DNA from: Pocillopora damicornis | Taxonomy: Eukaryota | Assembly: GCF_003704095.1 (NCBI RefSeq) | Contig: NW_020846747.1 | Span: 434,001 to 498,000 of the forward strand | Length of the DNA: 64,000 nt | Direction of reading: 5' to 3' | In this document: positions 12,901 to 26,564 of the stretch, one piece after another | Numbering within the stretch: the stretch's first letter is position 1 | Layout of the letters: each line of letters starts with the position of its first letter | Position numbers and translations under genes: made by a program | Notes under the pieces: model-generated | The model's input: only the letters and a program-made list of their open reading frames with translations | The model's database searches: none | Told to the model about the DNA's origin: nothing

Positions 12901-15900
12901 ACCGGCACGTGTGTTATGGACCATAGACCTTCAAGGTGAAAGCGCTTTTGTGTTCCTTTGTATCATCTCACATTGTTGCTTTTGAGAATGATCAGAATGC
13001 AAATTAAATCTGCTTTTTTTTTTTGCACACCGCAAACACAAAAACGAGTTCATGTAACAGCCACAAATGGGCCTCCTAGTGATATCAAACATCAAAGAAT
13101 TGCAACTGTACGTTGAAATTTCGCGGCAATTTACCACAATTTAACGCAAAACATGAATTAGGGGTTTCCGCGCTTTTCTTTAACTTTCTGGGAAAAGAGG
13201 TCTCCCTAATTAAAACAGATTAAATCGAATCGACCCTCAAACCATCCAACTCCAGAATTTTTTTTAGTTCGAATAAGATTTGTTGTAGACCATGTTATGT
13301 TTGAGTTTGTGTAAGAAACACTCTTTACGTACAGAGCCTCAGTTTGGTTAATTTGCCAGAAACTGAGAGTCCGAGTTGCACCCGGAGGTTGGGTCCTAGC
13401 AGTACACCCCACTTGAATCCCCCTTTCCCAGGGAGGTTTTAAAACCTTAGATGAATACGTTCAACTTAGTCATAGCTTTCCCTAAGCACCTCTGAAAATT
13501 TAACTTCAATATGCGACCGACATCGTTCTTAGGCGACCGACAAAAAGAATTGATAACATCCTTATCGTGTTGAAACACTATTGAGCGAAAACCTTCAATT
13601 TTTATTTAGCGAAATATGCAAGCATCATTGCTCATGGATTTCGCGCGAAAAGAAGTCATTGTAAAAATGCAAAACAGAGGAGCGAAGTTACGGTTTGAGT
13701 TAGGATTCGTTTTTCTTCTTTCGGTCGTCTTTGTTTACTGATTGGTTTATTTTAAATTCTTCAAATTGAGGAAACGTTATAAGCAACAAAACGCTGTGGT
13801 CTGAGATCGATTCTCCTAAACTGTTCACACACGCGCACTTTTATTAGTCAATTAGTTGCTTCGTGAGAATTTAAACTTGCACGAATTAGTAGTTTCCGGC
13901 CAAGTTTTGTAAGTTCTTAAAACTGGTGTGCGCCAAGCGGTTTTACATTTGACAGAAGAAAGTCTCAAATACTTAATTCAGGAAATAAACTTCGCGCGAA
14001 ATCTGGTGAAAAAAAAAAGCAAATATCTTGTTTGGGTGGCTTGCGCTAAGCAAGCTGGAAATTGTCTATCAAACGATTGCTATATTTGAATATAGAGGTA
14101 AGTTTCTAAAGTACCTGTGATATATGCTGTATCATGATTAGTGGGGGGTATGACTAGACAATTTGGTGTTATCACCTGAGTTGATGATACAAATTGGTCT
14201 CCGGAAAACAGTCTCTATAGCGAACGTTCGAGCGTTAGCCCCTCTTCAGAAAGAATTACTTCGGCGATTCTAATTTACTACTTGAGTAACTTTGAGCATG
14301 TTTTCATTACTGATTCCTCTTCGCTGTCAATCTATCCTCAATTCTATGAACTTCTTACCTCACTACCGCAATCTCAAATCGAGAGACTTCAAAGCCGACC
14401 AAGCTTTCGCCAACTTGACTGATCAAGGTCGTGAGTCAACTAAACGCGGCAACTTATGTGCCGGCTTTTATAGAGAAAATATAGCTATTTATAGACTTGT
14501 TTTTGAGCCGAATTGCACAGCCAAGTCCTTTATTGCCACCATTTTTTTAGACACTAGTTTTAAAGATACATGTTAGATAAAATAGGACGGGGAAAATAGT
14601 ACATAGCTAAGCTTCTTTCGATAAGTATAATTCTTTTCTCGATCTCCTGCGCGACATTTCAAATCACAAATTTAAAAACCTCATGATCAAAAATCACTGA
14701 AGTACAGCGAATCCAATTTCCATAGTTTACTTCTCATACAAGTGCCACAAAAGCTGTTCCTAAAAATAATTCCAATAACACCCACCATCATGGAAAAAAC
14801 AAAGAGTAAATAAGGCTATAAAGGATTAAAAGTTATAAAAAGATCGCGTAAAATTTGATTATTGCTATTAATCAGCGCTTAATTTAGCGAGAATGGTGAA
14901 GAGGGGTGCGTGTGCTCTAAGAGGGTTAAACCCGTTTTATCTGTTGTGTTTCCTTAAATAGACTCAATTTAATTAAATATTGGAATGATTCAATTGTTCA
15001 CGCTTCCAGTTCTGACCAAGTTCAAAATTCTTGAAGGTCACCTTTCACGTTGAAAACTTCTCGAATGAAGTTTGTGATGGACTAATTTCCGGCAAATATA
15101 ACGTGCATTTAAAACAATTATTGCTGAGGGAAATTGGCGCTTAAGAGAGTAATATCGAATTTTGCTTTTGAATAACTTGCGAGAAATATAGCAAGCTGAT
15201 ACATGAAAGAGTTTCAAATGAGTGTTTCCAAACAAGGTTAGCATTTATATTTCTTTAAGAGAAACATGCATCAACACAATCGCACTGATGCCCCGTTTAT
15301 CATAAACGCATAATAGAGCAAAAAAAAACACACAATATCAGGCAATCGATTTCCAGAGAGATCTCATAAACAAAAGTCGATTTATCCTGTGAAATGTAGC
15401 TTCCGAGCAGGCTGTCGTTAAGGACCATTCAGCCAAGAAGCCATTAGCAGTCAAGAAGGCTAGACCGAGGAGACGTCGATTAAAAAAATGAATTTCTATC
15501 TTTAGATGGCTGGATGTGTTTATTGTGTCTTACGACGCCACACCTGAACTTCAGCATAACGTATTTAATTAAGCAGCTTTGAGTTACAAATGGAAATTAA
15601 ATTAATTTGCAGTCACAGACGACGCATGTTTTGGTGATTTCACGTTGTTGTTTTGCAAAGGTACAAAGCTATAAAACGCACGTGCTGAGCTTTTGTTCTA
15701 CCCATTAGAACTTTTAATTTGCCACGTCCTCGTTGCTGTCGTCGTCGTGGTTCGCTTAAGGTCCTAAATGTTATTAGAGCTGCCGGACGCGCGTTTTAAC
15801 GCCGCTGGAAGTCCGGGAGAGGTTTTGCCGGTGGTCAAACAGTACAAGACCTCATACTTTCGCGCGGGCGAGGAAATGCTCAGACCGAAGCGTTCATAAT

Positions 15901-16157
15901 AAGAACCTACTCGTAGGCTTTGTGAAATGACTTCTTAACGGGAAATGGAACAAATAAGCGCGCGAAGACGAAAATAGGCCCGGGAAGTGAGGCGAGTAGA
16001 GAGGGATCTGGTGATTGAGAACGTGATATGGACAGGCCTACGCAACTCCTTACAAGCCATTCTAGTATCACCTGCTCAAACGAAGATTTTTGGAATAGTG
16101 CCAACATCATTGAACGGAAGCCTCTTCCTGCCCTGATCTGAAGTTTGTCTCCAGTAT

Positions 16158-17499
16158 CTCTCTTGATGAAACAAAGTTTATAGGACCTTGGTGTCAAAAA
16201 TTCTTCGCGTAAAGGATTCTGGCACCTTCAAATCTGGCTGAGTATAGCCTGGGGGAAAATCGAGTTTGATCTTCTGTAGAACGCCAGCGAAAAAGGGGAA
16301 ATTTCAATTTTAGCCACCGACTCGCCTACACATCCCCGAGGACCGCCACCAAACGGAAAGAAACTAAAGGTGACCGGGCAAATGAGGTTTCCCTCGTCGT
16401 CCAAGAAGCGTCTGATCAAACGTGTCTTGGTCCTTCCAATGTTTCGGGTCATGAACATCCCTGAGGTCGAAATCACTTAGGAATTTTCTGGGATGTCTTA
16501 GTCTCTAAGTGTTGTGTCGCTGAGCACTCGATGAGGAAAAGTGACGAAGACGCGTGAGCTATTGCGCATGATCTCCATCGTGGTGGCTTTCAGATATGGT
16601 AAACTTCTTTTGTCCTGCAAACAAGGCTGATGGTTAAGGCCTATGACGTCATCCAACTCCCTGTGTATTTCAGCTTGGACATCTAGCAAGGACGCTAAAT
16701 AAAGAAGTGACCAGATCAAAACTCTGTGCTTGTATTTGTCCCAGCAAGTAAGAGATCTGACAACGTGTACATGGCGAATGGTTCCTTCTTCGCACGTCTG
16801 TCTGTGTTCGTGGATGCAAGGCCAGAGAAGCTTCTTTGTTAGATCGTAGCCGAACTTTTAAGGCGTTTGTGAATGCTCAGCGGAAGATATTTCATGAATG
16901 AAAATGTAGCGAGCCAACTTGTACAAGATGCATAGCTAGTCTCCTCAACCGGCTTGTCGAATTTCCTCAAGAACTCGTTCTCCTCAATGAAGTGTTTGTT
17001 AAAAAAACGAGAAGACAATGTTCTTTACTCATCGAAGAATACTCTTCCTTGGATTAGTAGGGACACCTTATGACTCGCTTAAGAAACCGAACAGCTCATC
17101 GACTTCACGTTGGGATTTTTCTTCCAGATTTTGCACGCCGCTTCCAATCATTCAAAAAGCTGAATGAGATATCTTTCGTAACAGCTTCCAGCAACGGCCC
17201 AAAGAATCGAACATTTTGTGTTCCAGCTAGTGAAGATGTTTCCTTTGCGAACGAGGGCATCCCAAGATAACTCGATATCATATAATAACAAAAAAATTTT
17301 TACCTAGGCATGAAATCATGTAAAAACTCACCGTATTGTCTTGCCAGGCTCCTGATGATCACGGGGTTGAGCTCCTTCATCTCCAAGGTAAAGGGCACGG
17401 TTCAGGAGGAAAGTGGTACTTTCGCTCAGACCAGTGACGCATCACTGTAAGATACAGTAGACTTGAAATGATGAAGATAATCAGTGCTTTCCAAAGCAT
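16158..17499 (-). pseudogene. Cytochrome P450 pseudogene, paralog of 24516-26015
   Basis: Starts MLWKALIIFIISSLLYL..W..RKYHFPP at ATG 17499. Fragments WSLLYLAS..DVQAEIHRELDDVIG, EIMR, FPFGGGPRGCVGES and LTPRSYKL lie in different frames, with stops, frameshifts and internal deletions. Confidence 0.92.
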
Positions 17500-20339
17500 G
17501 GCAACAAGATTAATTCATGTAGCTGAAAGAGAAATAAAAATAAAGTGTCCGGTTAATTTTTTATGTTTATTTTTGTATGTTTGTCTTTTTTTAGCTGTTA
17601 TTCAGTGAAAAGAATTACTTTCCTTCAGTTCTCTAATATGAAATAATACTCCTTTACGAAGGCTATAATGTACTAATAGTTTGACTCATTTTACTTAAGT
17701 TTCCGAGGAAGCCATTCTTTTTAAATGACAAGTTTGTTCTTGGAGTAATAAGGACAAGACAAAAAACGCTGATTATATGGAAAAACGCTTTTCTGCCGTA
17801 TGAATGCAGCAATCAAACCTTGGGCATGCGAAAGGGGATCAATTTGGCCGCCCGCGCGGCCATTTCCCGCGCAAAATTTCAAAGACAAGCATATGAGAAA
17901 AACGGAAAACAAACAAAACGCTTATAAAAACCTGCTAATGGAAAGTGAGTGGAGAAAAGGAAAACTCAAGAATTATCGAAGACAAAGCTTAGTATTCAAA
18001 TACAAGTATCCTGTTGATTTACCAGTCTGTTTTGTAAGAGGGTGAAAGGGTTTTTTTCTCGCGATGCGAGATTAGGTGTTTTTAATTTTGGTGACCGAAG
18101 AAAACACAAAACTAAAACCTCGTGAACTGTGAAAATTTTCTTTTTTCGTGGTACGAAAACCATAATTTTTTTAATCCGATTTTTCGTAATGCGTTACATC
18201 TACTTCTTGATGACCGCGATGGCTTGTGTGGTTCTTTGCACTCGAGCGAGAAACTTGGCTCTGACAGCCTGAAAGGACGCCACCCAGTCTATACAACGTT
18301 AGTACATGCGTGCTCGTTTGAATTCTGTTTATTACCTACTTTCCTGCATGTACAAGGGTTTGAAGACATGATAACATTTTTGTAAGGCTCTTTAATTTTG
18401 ATAATAATCCGGAAAAATTCAAAAGCATCAAACTGAAAGTAACGATCAACCAACATGCCACCGTTGATAGTGCTTTGCGCATTCGTCTCACGTACGATCT
18501 TAACGCGTTTCTTGGAAGCTTCGAATTGATCGACGCATTACCAATATGAATTTCAACCATCTCGTAACGTAAAAATTTGCTCCCGCGAAGCACAAATCAC
18601 AGCAATTCGCGAAACCCAAGCCAGCAAGATTTTTGAGCTAGTCGGTACATAGTAGATGAATAGAAAATATAATTATGTAAGATTTGCCTCCAAGGTCAAA
18701 CATAATTCGCGAATGTGAATTTTTCCATGAGAGACTACTCCTCTGGAAATTTGAAAATTAAATCAAACGAGCAGACAAAGTTATCCAAAATACCTTGACC
18801 TGAAGATCTTTTAACACAAGAGCGTGCTGTAATGAAGTAGTGTAGGGTGGGGGAAGGGGGGTACCTTACCTCGATGAGTCAAAAAAGTTTAAAACTGAAT
18901 TGGGGAAGCGGTCAATCTCTACTTGCGCTGAATTCGATAAGTTTCTTTCGCAAATGTGCCGACTGACATCCTTGGAAAACGCCGCGGAAAGCATTAGACA
19001 AATGCGAATTCGAGAGGAACGTTTTAGATCTGTCTTCAGGTGATATCCAAGACTTCTTTTAAAATAGGGTGAAATTAACTATACTGGCTGATGTAATTTG
19101 AGGCAGATTTCAATAGTCAGAGTGTCGATCATATATAATGCTGCTACCACAATGAACAAACTTCTAAAAAAGTTCCTTGATGTTACTGTTCAACAAAAGA
19201 CAAATTCTGTAGCCTGAGAACTGTCAACAGCTGTCTGTATTGCTTACCTGCACTGAGGTAATTTTATCCAGATTAATTATACGTTCTGAAGTTTTTTAGC
19301 AAGTTTGACCTGTTTTAAGAGATGGTGGGAATGGAAGGGGAGGTTGAGGGTCCTAGGAGCTTTTATATTATATTGAGTTATTACCTTAAAAACGATATCT
19401 AAATTCTGAGCATAATTTTCGGCATAATGCCATTTTTTTCGGGGGTGACGTTCTAAACCATAATTCTCAAGCTTTCGAGGATAATATAGATGACCCCAGT
19501 TCTTGCGACTATCGTGTCAAAAATTTGCATTTCAGCACGCGTGATATTGCACATGCTTCTTCTTATCAGCTAATCATAACCGACAATTTATCATTATTAA
19601 ATAAAATTCTGAGAGAGACTGCACTTCTAAGAACTTAAGTTTCACCGTCATAATAACTTGAAATCCATACACTTATGTCGATTCCGACAGAAGTTATGTA
19701 ATTTCAAATCCTTCCATCAATTTGGCGTCAACTTAAATAAGTTTAGAGAGCATATTTAGAGATCAATAATAACCATGTCAGATTTCAGATACAAATTCAC
19801 TCACCTCGTAGTTAAAAAAGGATAGCATATAGTATCTCGGCGAACAGATGCGTGTTGAATGCTCGCTCGAGTTTACTCGATCGGTCCCTGATCACTTGCT
19901 CAGTGCACGGATTCAAGAATCTGTTTACAGTTGTTGTTTACTAGCAAATGACAAGTCTCTTGTGAACAACGGTATGTTAACTACGTGATTATATGGATAA
20001 TGTGATTTCCCTTTCTGATAAAATTAGGATGACACGTGAACAAGAGTGAGGTTACCACGTGGGCATGTGTAATTCGCAATCTGATTGCGTTGCATCATGG
20101 TCGTAAAAGGAAAAATGAAGTCATTTGCATCCTGTTGCGGTCGAGTGAACATCTTTGGTGGCAGCGAGAATAGCATCAATATGTAAGAGGGATGTTGCCG
20201 TTCCTTTGAAAGTTGTAAAAGCGTACGCGTCGACAGGCCTGTGCGACTCCCGCCATTCCTCCGTGTCGAATTCGTCCTTAGGAGGCAACTGACGAGAATC
20301 AGGAAGAATCGAATCTGCAGTCTGCCTTAGAAAGAAAAT

Positions 20340-20680
20340 TAAACAAATGGAAGCAGTTACACACAGACGATGGCTGTAAGAATAATATCAAAGTTAGAAA
20401 TTACATTCCCAGACGCGAGTTACTTGACAGGGAATCAACCCTTGACATTCAAACACATAACAAAGAGACAGACACCTCCTAATACACAAAGCTCTTTTTC
20501 GTGTTAGGGGTAAATGAAGATTCTTGAAAGGAGAAGTGCCTCCTAAGAACGAATTCATCAAGCTCCATGTTTGATAAAAATGTACAGAGTTTCAAAATAC
20601 GCTTAAAGAATAGAAGATACCCAAATGAAGTTTTGAGAAACGTATCTCTGGAGTTATTTCTCTAGTAGAGAAAGGTTACT
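20340..20680 (+). mobile_element. Degenerate Penelope-like retroelement reverse transcriptase fragment
   Basis: Broken translation LDIQTHNKETDTS*YT ... FLKGE ... LLRTNSSSSMFDKNVQSFKIRLKNRRYP resembles the C-terminal RT/thumb region of Penelope-like elements. Confidence 0.6.
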
Positions 20681-20749
20681 TAAAACGGTATAATTTTAAC
20701 GGAATGTTCAGTTAAAATCTGCCACGTAAAATGGAGTCTGGAAGCGCAT

Positions 20750-21210
20750 TCAAATCTAGCTGGGTTGATCCTTCTGAAAAAGGCCAGCTAAAAAGAGGAA
20801 ATTTGAATTTTAGCCGACAACTGGCCTATACATCCCCGAGGACCGCCACTAAACGGAATGGAACCAAAGGTAACTGTGTAAACGAAGTTTCCGTCGTCGT
20901 CCAAGAACTGCGTTAAGTCAAAAGTGTCTAGGTCTTTCCAATGTTTTGGGTCTTGATGAACAACCATGAAGTCGAAAATCACTTGAGAATTTTCTGGGAC
21001 GTCGTACCTTCCAAGTGTTGTGTCGCTGAACACTCGATGAGGCCGAGTGGCGTAAACCCGAGAGCTATGGCGCGATATCTCCATCGTGGTGGTCTCTAGA
21101 TATGGTAAACTGCCTTTGTCCTGCAAGCGAGGCTGACAGTTAGAGTCTATGACGTCATCCAGCTGACTATGTATCTTCCCTTGGACATTTAAGAAGGAGG
21201 TTAGACACGT
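20750..21210 (-). pseudogene. Cytochrome P450 pseudogene, 3' fragment only
   Basis: VQGKIHSQLDDVI..LPYLETTTMEISRH..HQDPKHWKD..PFSGGPRGCIGQ aligns with the C-terminal third of the 24516-26015 protein. Similarity stops abruptly at the foldback element at 21214. Confidence 0.9.
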
Positions 21211-21213
21211 CAC

Positions 21214-22976
21214 GCGCCACTCGGTCAGGTTGATGAATGAACGGCAAAGCCTTTACGATTCTCAATACAAGTTGTTTGTAGGAGCTTTCTCGAATTAGGG
21301 CGGCTAAAACACTAAACAATCCGTATCGCTGACATACAGTGAGGTTCAAACTTTCCTAGACGGGGAAGAAAACCAATATACTAAAAGAAAAACCGAAAGT
21401 TACGTATTCAGTGGCTTTGGTGTTAGCATTTCTCTCGTCTGAGAATGAAAATCGACAACTGGAAGATTTGCCACTAGCCGATTTTGGCCGTTTACCTGAA
21501 AGACTTCTTCTGTCGGTAAGGACAAAGTCAATAGATAAGAATTTTGTAAATTGAAAATTACGACCATTGCTGTTCTTGTAATCATCATTCAACGCACTTT
21601 TGCATCTTAGGAGTTAGCGCCAACGCACTCTACGATTGTTATTCGAGGTTTGTCGATTCATTTCTTTTCATTCGTAAATGAAGTCGGCTTTTCTTCTCAA
21701 TAAAGGGCTATTGTATTTATATGATAAACAAAATAGTACATGGTTGCTTGTAGATATGGAATTTCTCTTNNNNNNNNNNNNNNNNNNNNNNNNNNNNNNN
21801 NNNNNNNNNNNNNNNNNNNNNNNNNNNNNNNNNNNNNNNNNNNNNNNNNNNNNNNNNNNNNNNNNNNNNACAAACAGATCGACTAACAACAGACGGATCG
21901 AAACCGACCAATGACTGTTAACAAACTCTATACGAGTCTTCCAGCCAATCACATCACGGCTAAACAGACCAATCACGTTCAACAANNNNNNNNNNNNNNN
22001 NNNNNNNNNNNNNNNNNNNNNNNNNNNNNNNNNNNNNNNNNNNNNNNNNNNNNNNNNNNNNNNNNNNNNNNNNNNNNNNNNNNNNNNNNNNNNNNNNNNN
22101 NNNNNNNNNNNNNNNNNNNNNNNNNNNNNNNNNNNNNNNNNNNNNNNNNNNNNNNNNNNNNNNNNNNNNNNNNNNNNNNNNNNNNNNNNNNNNNNNNNNN
22201 NNNNNNNNNNNNNNNNNNNNNNNNNNNNNNNNNNNNNNNNNNNNNNNNNNNNNNNNNNNNNNNNNNNNNNNNNNNNNNNNNNNNNNNNNNNNNNNNNNNN
22301 NNNNNNNNNNNNNNNNNNNNNNNNNNNNNNNNNNNNNNNNNNNNNNNNNNNNNNNNNNNNNNNNNNNNNNNNNNNNNNNNNNNNNNNNNNNNNNNNNNNN
22401 NNNNNNNNNNNNNNNNNNNNNNNNAAATCACGATTGAGCACAGCGAACGAGTGAGATGACGAGTTGAACACGAGAAGAGAAGTTCCATATCTACGCACGC
22501 CCATGTATTATTTTGTTTATCAGATAAACAATAGCCCTTTACTTGGAAGAAAGNNNNNNNNNNNNNNNNNNNNNNNNNNNNNNNNNNNNNNNNNNNNNNN
22601 NNNNNNNNNNNNNNNNNNNNNNNNNNNNNNNNNNNNNNNNNNNNNNNNNNNNNNNNNNNNNNNNNNNNNNNNNNNNNNNNNNNNNNNNNNNNNNNNNNNN
22701 NNNNNNNNNNNNNNNNNNNNNNNNNNNNNNNNNNNGTTTATTTTCCTTCTCAGACGAGAGAAATGCTAACACCAAAGCCACTGAATACCCAATTTTCGGT
22801 TTTTATTTTAGTATATTGGTTTTCTTCCCTTTCTAGGAAAGTTTGAACCTCATTCTCTGCCAGCGNNNNNNNNNNNNNNNNNNNNNNNNNNNNNNNNNNN
22901 NNNNNNNNNNNNNNNNNNCTTGTATTGAGAATCGTGAAGGCTTTGCCTTTCATTCATCAACCTGACCGAGTGGCGC
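21214..22976. mobile_element. Long inverted-repeat (foldback-type) non-autonomous element, partly in N gaps
   Basis: 21214-21450 is the reverse complement of 22740-22976 (GCGCCACTCGGTCAGGTTGATGAATGAA... vs ...TTCATTCATCAACCTGACCGAGTGGCGC). An inner inverted pair lies at about 21690-21769 and 22475-22553. Confidence 0.8.
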
Positions 22977-24515
22977 TATGTAAGCAGCTGATTGGTTATA
23001 TCAACACTCGTGAAAAAAACGATATTTTTTCACGTGTGTTGTTACAGCTTTTCTCAGGGCCGGAAATCCTTGTAGAACACCGCAGTTTATATGATAAATA
23101 TAGTTATCAATAGCAGTGCCAAGTATTTACAGTAACAACAGGTAAGTGCAGTCGAACCTGTATAAAGCGGCANNNNNNNNNNNNNNNCTCCCCTTAATTA
23201 CAGTCATTTCCATCTCTATTCAGCAGTCGTGGTCACCTTTGATTGAGTTCCAACGGCCTGTATGCGCTTCTTCCACCTGTACTGAACAGTCACTTAAAGC
23301 ATGGGTGACCGCTTCGTGCAACTTTAACCGTAGATACATGCAAGTAAAATATGATACAGCGTATTAAAAATCATTACCCGCAGATCGAGGTAAAAAAAGT
23401 CTGCGTTGAACTTGAAATACAAGTATTTTATGGAAGAGATAAATACCGAAAACGGAGGTATTAATCCATATACATCCCGAGAGCCTTAGGGCCGAGGGAT
23501 GTCTATGGATTAATAACGACGTTGTTAACGACGATTGTCGACGTCGATTTGTTGACGATTGTCTGACTTATTTCATGATATTATNNNNNNNNNNNNNNNN
23601 NNNNNNNNNNNNNNNNNNNNNNNNNTCACACTTTCGTCGGATTAAAGCAGATACAATGAAAGCAACCTGATTTGTGCGTTCCTCACAGGACTGTGAAAAG
23701 TTGTTGCGAATTCCTCCGTGATAAGCGCTAGACTTTTTTGTACTTTGACATTTTGTCGAGTCCNNNNNNNNNNNNNNNNNNNNNNNNNNNNNNNNNNNNN
23801 NNNNNNNNNNNNNNNNNNNNNNNNNNNNNNNNNNTGTTTTCCAACGACTCATTTCTCTGCTTTTGTGCTGTCATTATGGACAGCATGTATAGCGACGAGG
23901 AACTTTTTCTTACTCAAAATAGTTTTTGGGAAGAAACATCACAACATAATTTTAGTGTTGATTCTGTTTTGGACGGCCTAGTAGCGAGTGATGAGCCTGC
24001 TCCACGAAATTCGTGTGCGGAAGAATNNNNNNNNNNNNNNNNNNNNNNNNNNNNNNNNNNNNNNNNNNNNNNNNNNNNNNNNNNNNNNNNNNNNNNNNNN
24101 NNNNNNNNNNNNNNNNNNNNNNNNNNNNNNNNNNNNNNNNNNNNNNNNNNNNNNNNNNNNNNNNNNNNNNNNNNNNNNNNNNNNNNNNNNNNNNNNNNNN
24201 NNNNCAGGAGCTCGTGGTCCCGTCTGCTCTCGATCGAGCCATATTCAGTACTGATTCTACTATTCATCAAACCTCACAAGGACTCGATAAATAAAAACTA
24301 CTTACTTCCCGAGCCAGTTCTTTTGTAATTGATCATTGACCTANNNNNNNNNNNNNNNNNNNNNNNNNNNNNNNNNNNNNNNNNNNNNNNNNNNNNNNNN
24401 NNNNNNNNNNNNNNNNNNNNNNNNNNNNNNNNNNNNNNNNNNNTTGATTTATCACAATTTTGCTATCACCGTTTATGTTGCTATCGCCAGTTACAAGCTG
24501 AGCCAAAGTTGCATT

Positions 24516-26015
24516 TCATTGTCTCTCAGTCACAGACAGTTTATAGGGACTGGGTGTCAAGACATCCCGTGGTATCGGGTCCACTGGTGGTTCCAAATCT
24601 GGCTGGGAGGAGTCTGGGGGAAACTCAAATTTAAAACGCTGAAGAAGGCCAGCTAGAAATAAAAACGACTCTATTCTAGCCAAGGACTGACCCACACAAC
24701 CACGAGGACCGCCACCAAATGGAATGAAACTGAGGGTGGCCGGGCAAATGAAGTTACGTTCCTCGTCCAAGAAACGCGTTGGGTCAAATGCGTCAGGCTC
24801 CTTCCAATGTTTCGGGTCGTGATGAATAGCTCTGAGGTCGAAAATCACTTGAGAATTCTCTGGAATGTCGTGATTTCCAAGGGTTGTGTCGCTTCGCACT
24901 CGATGAGGGATGCTAACGTGGGCAAAAGAGCTATGACGTATGATCTCCGAGATGGTGGCCTCCAAATATGGCAAACTGCCTCTATCTTGCATGCGAGGTA
25001 GACGGTCGCGGCCTATGACGTCATCGAGCTGCTGATGTATCTTCGCTTGGACATCTGGGAAGGACGCCAAATAAAGAAGAGACCAGGTCAAAAACTCTGT
25101 GGTTGTGTCTGAGCCAGCGATAGCGAGATCTGACAGCGTTTCCATAATCAAAGTGTCATTCAACATGCCTCTCACTTTGGAATCTTCCCTTTCCGCCTGG
25201 TACTTTGCCTTAAAAAGGGCATCTGTGATGTCCCGGATGACACCCTCTTCATACGTCTGTTTGTGCTTTTGGACGAAAGGCCAGAGAAGTTTTTTTTTCA
25301 GGCTGTAGACACTTTGAATGCGTTTATGAATGCTCAGCGGAAGATATTTCATGAAAGGAAACATGTCAAGCAACGTACCAACTCCAAGAAGACGCATGCA
25401 ATCTTCGTTCAACTTTTGGAATTCTTCCAGATGCTCGTCCTCAGCCGTGAAACGCGTGTCAAAAAGGCACGAAAATAACACATTTGTCACTCCGAGGGCG
25501 AGACGTTTCTTTGGATTGAAAGGGACACCTTGTGACTCTCTTAGATGAAAGCATATATCAGCCACCTCACGTTGAACTTTTTCCTCCAGGTTTTGCACAC
25601 CGCTTCCAAACATTCGAAGAGCTGAATGGGTGACTTTTCGTAACAGCTTCCAGCGCGGTCCATAATCACTGAAAACGATGGATGCTCCTCCTGGTTGTAG
25701 GCCTTCATTGATAAAAAATTTTGCCCTTCCTGCGAATATGTTTCCTCTGCGAATAAGGGCATCCCACGCCAACTCAATATCAGTAACAAAAAACATCTTC
25801 TGCCTCATTACTGTCATCATGTAAATCTTACCATATTGTCTCCCGAACTTTTGCATGGTCACGTGGTTGAATTTTGCCATGTCTAGCAGGTTACCGATCA
25901 GAGGTAACCGGCGCGGTCCTGGGGGAAAGCAGTACTTTCGTTTTGACCAGCGGCTCACCGCAAAAAGATACACCACACTGGAAATTGCAACGAGAATCAA
26001 TGCTTCCCAATACAT
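24516..26015 (-). CDS. Cytochrome P450 (clan 2, CYP17/CYP1-like), intact, intronless CDS, 499 aa
   Basis: N-terminal anchor, PPGP hinge, WKLLR (WxxxR), AGSDTT I-helix, EIIR (ExxR), FDPTRF (PERF variant) and heme motif FGGGPRGCVG. Confidence 0.97.
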   Translation of the reverse strand: MYWEALILVAISSVVYLFAVSRWSKRKYCFPPGPRRLPLIGNLLDMAKFNHVTMQKFGRQYGKIYMMTVMRQKMFFVTDIELAWDALIRRGNIFAGRAKFFINEGLQPGGASIVFSDYGPRWKLLRKVTHSALRMFGSGVQNLEEKVQREVADICFHLRESQGVPFNPKKRLALGVTNVLFSCLFDTRFTAEDEHLEEFQKLNEDCMRLLGVGTLLDMFPFMKYLPLSIHKRIQSVYSLKKKLLWPFVQKHKQTYEEGVIRDITDALFKAKYQAEREDSKVRGMLNDTLIMETLSDLAIAGSDTTTEFLTWSLLYLASFPDVQAKIHQQLDDVIGRDRLPRMQDRGSLPYLEATISEIIRHSSFAHVSIPHRVRSDTTLGNHDIPENSQVIFDLRAIHHDPKHWKEPDAFDPTRFLDEERNFICPATLSFIPFGGGPRGCVGQSLARIESFLFLAGLLQRFKFEFPPDSSQPDLEPPVDPIPRDVLTPSPYKLSVTERQ

Positions 26016-26564
26016 GTCAGTAGTATTATTTCAGCTGAAATTGAAAGATTTTCAAAATTTTCAAATCACAGAGCGGTAGAAGAGAAGTATAAAAGTACAG
26101 TCGACTCTTGCCCTGCAGACACCCCGCCACTGCGGATAGGAGCCAGACCCCCGGCGAAAAGCTCAAAGAAATGACTGAAACAACTCCCGTTATTACGGAC
26201 TCTCCTCATTACAAAAATGCGGACACTTTCATGCCACCCCAGTCGTGAAATTTCACTTATTTTTTTCTCGTTATAGATCATTCTTGCTCATTCCTTGTTT
26301 CGGTAAAAACAAGTCGAGTTAATTTTCCCAGGTAAACGATGTGTCTAGATGTCCAGCAGCCAGACAGGTTTTTGACAAGACTCCATATCCGGTAGTCGAA
26401 AATATTTAGTTATTTCAAGTCATACTATCAAATACATTTTAAGATAGCTGGACGCGCCACGATTTCCACCGCAGAACTGCGAGCTTTGCATAAGCTCGGC
26501 GCTTTGTGTTCATTAAGACTGACTTAGTTTCTAAATCAGTGACTTAGAGGCTTGTTGCAAGCTC

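Noticed and set aside
19650-19760. Possible LINE ORF2 C-terminal remnant
   Set aside because: Too short and degraded to support without a search.
21668-24656. Many long ORFs containing X runs
   Set aside because: Artefacts of translating through N gaps.
24807-26079. Short ORFs overlapping the P450
   Set aside because: Antisense or off-frame shadows of the real CDS; the same applies at 280-528 and 29800-30433.
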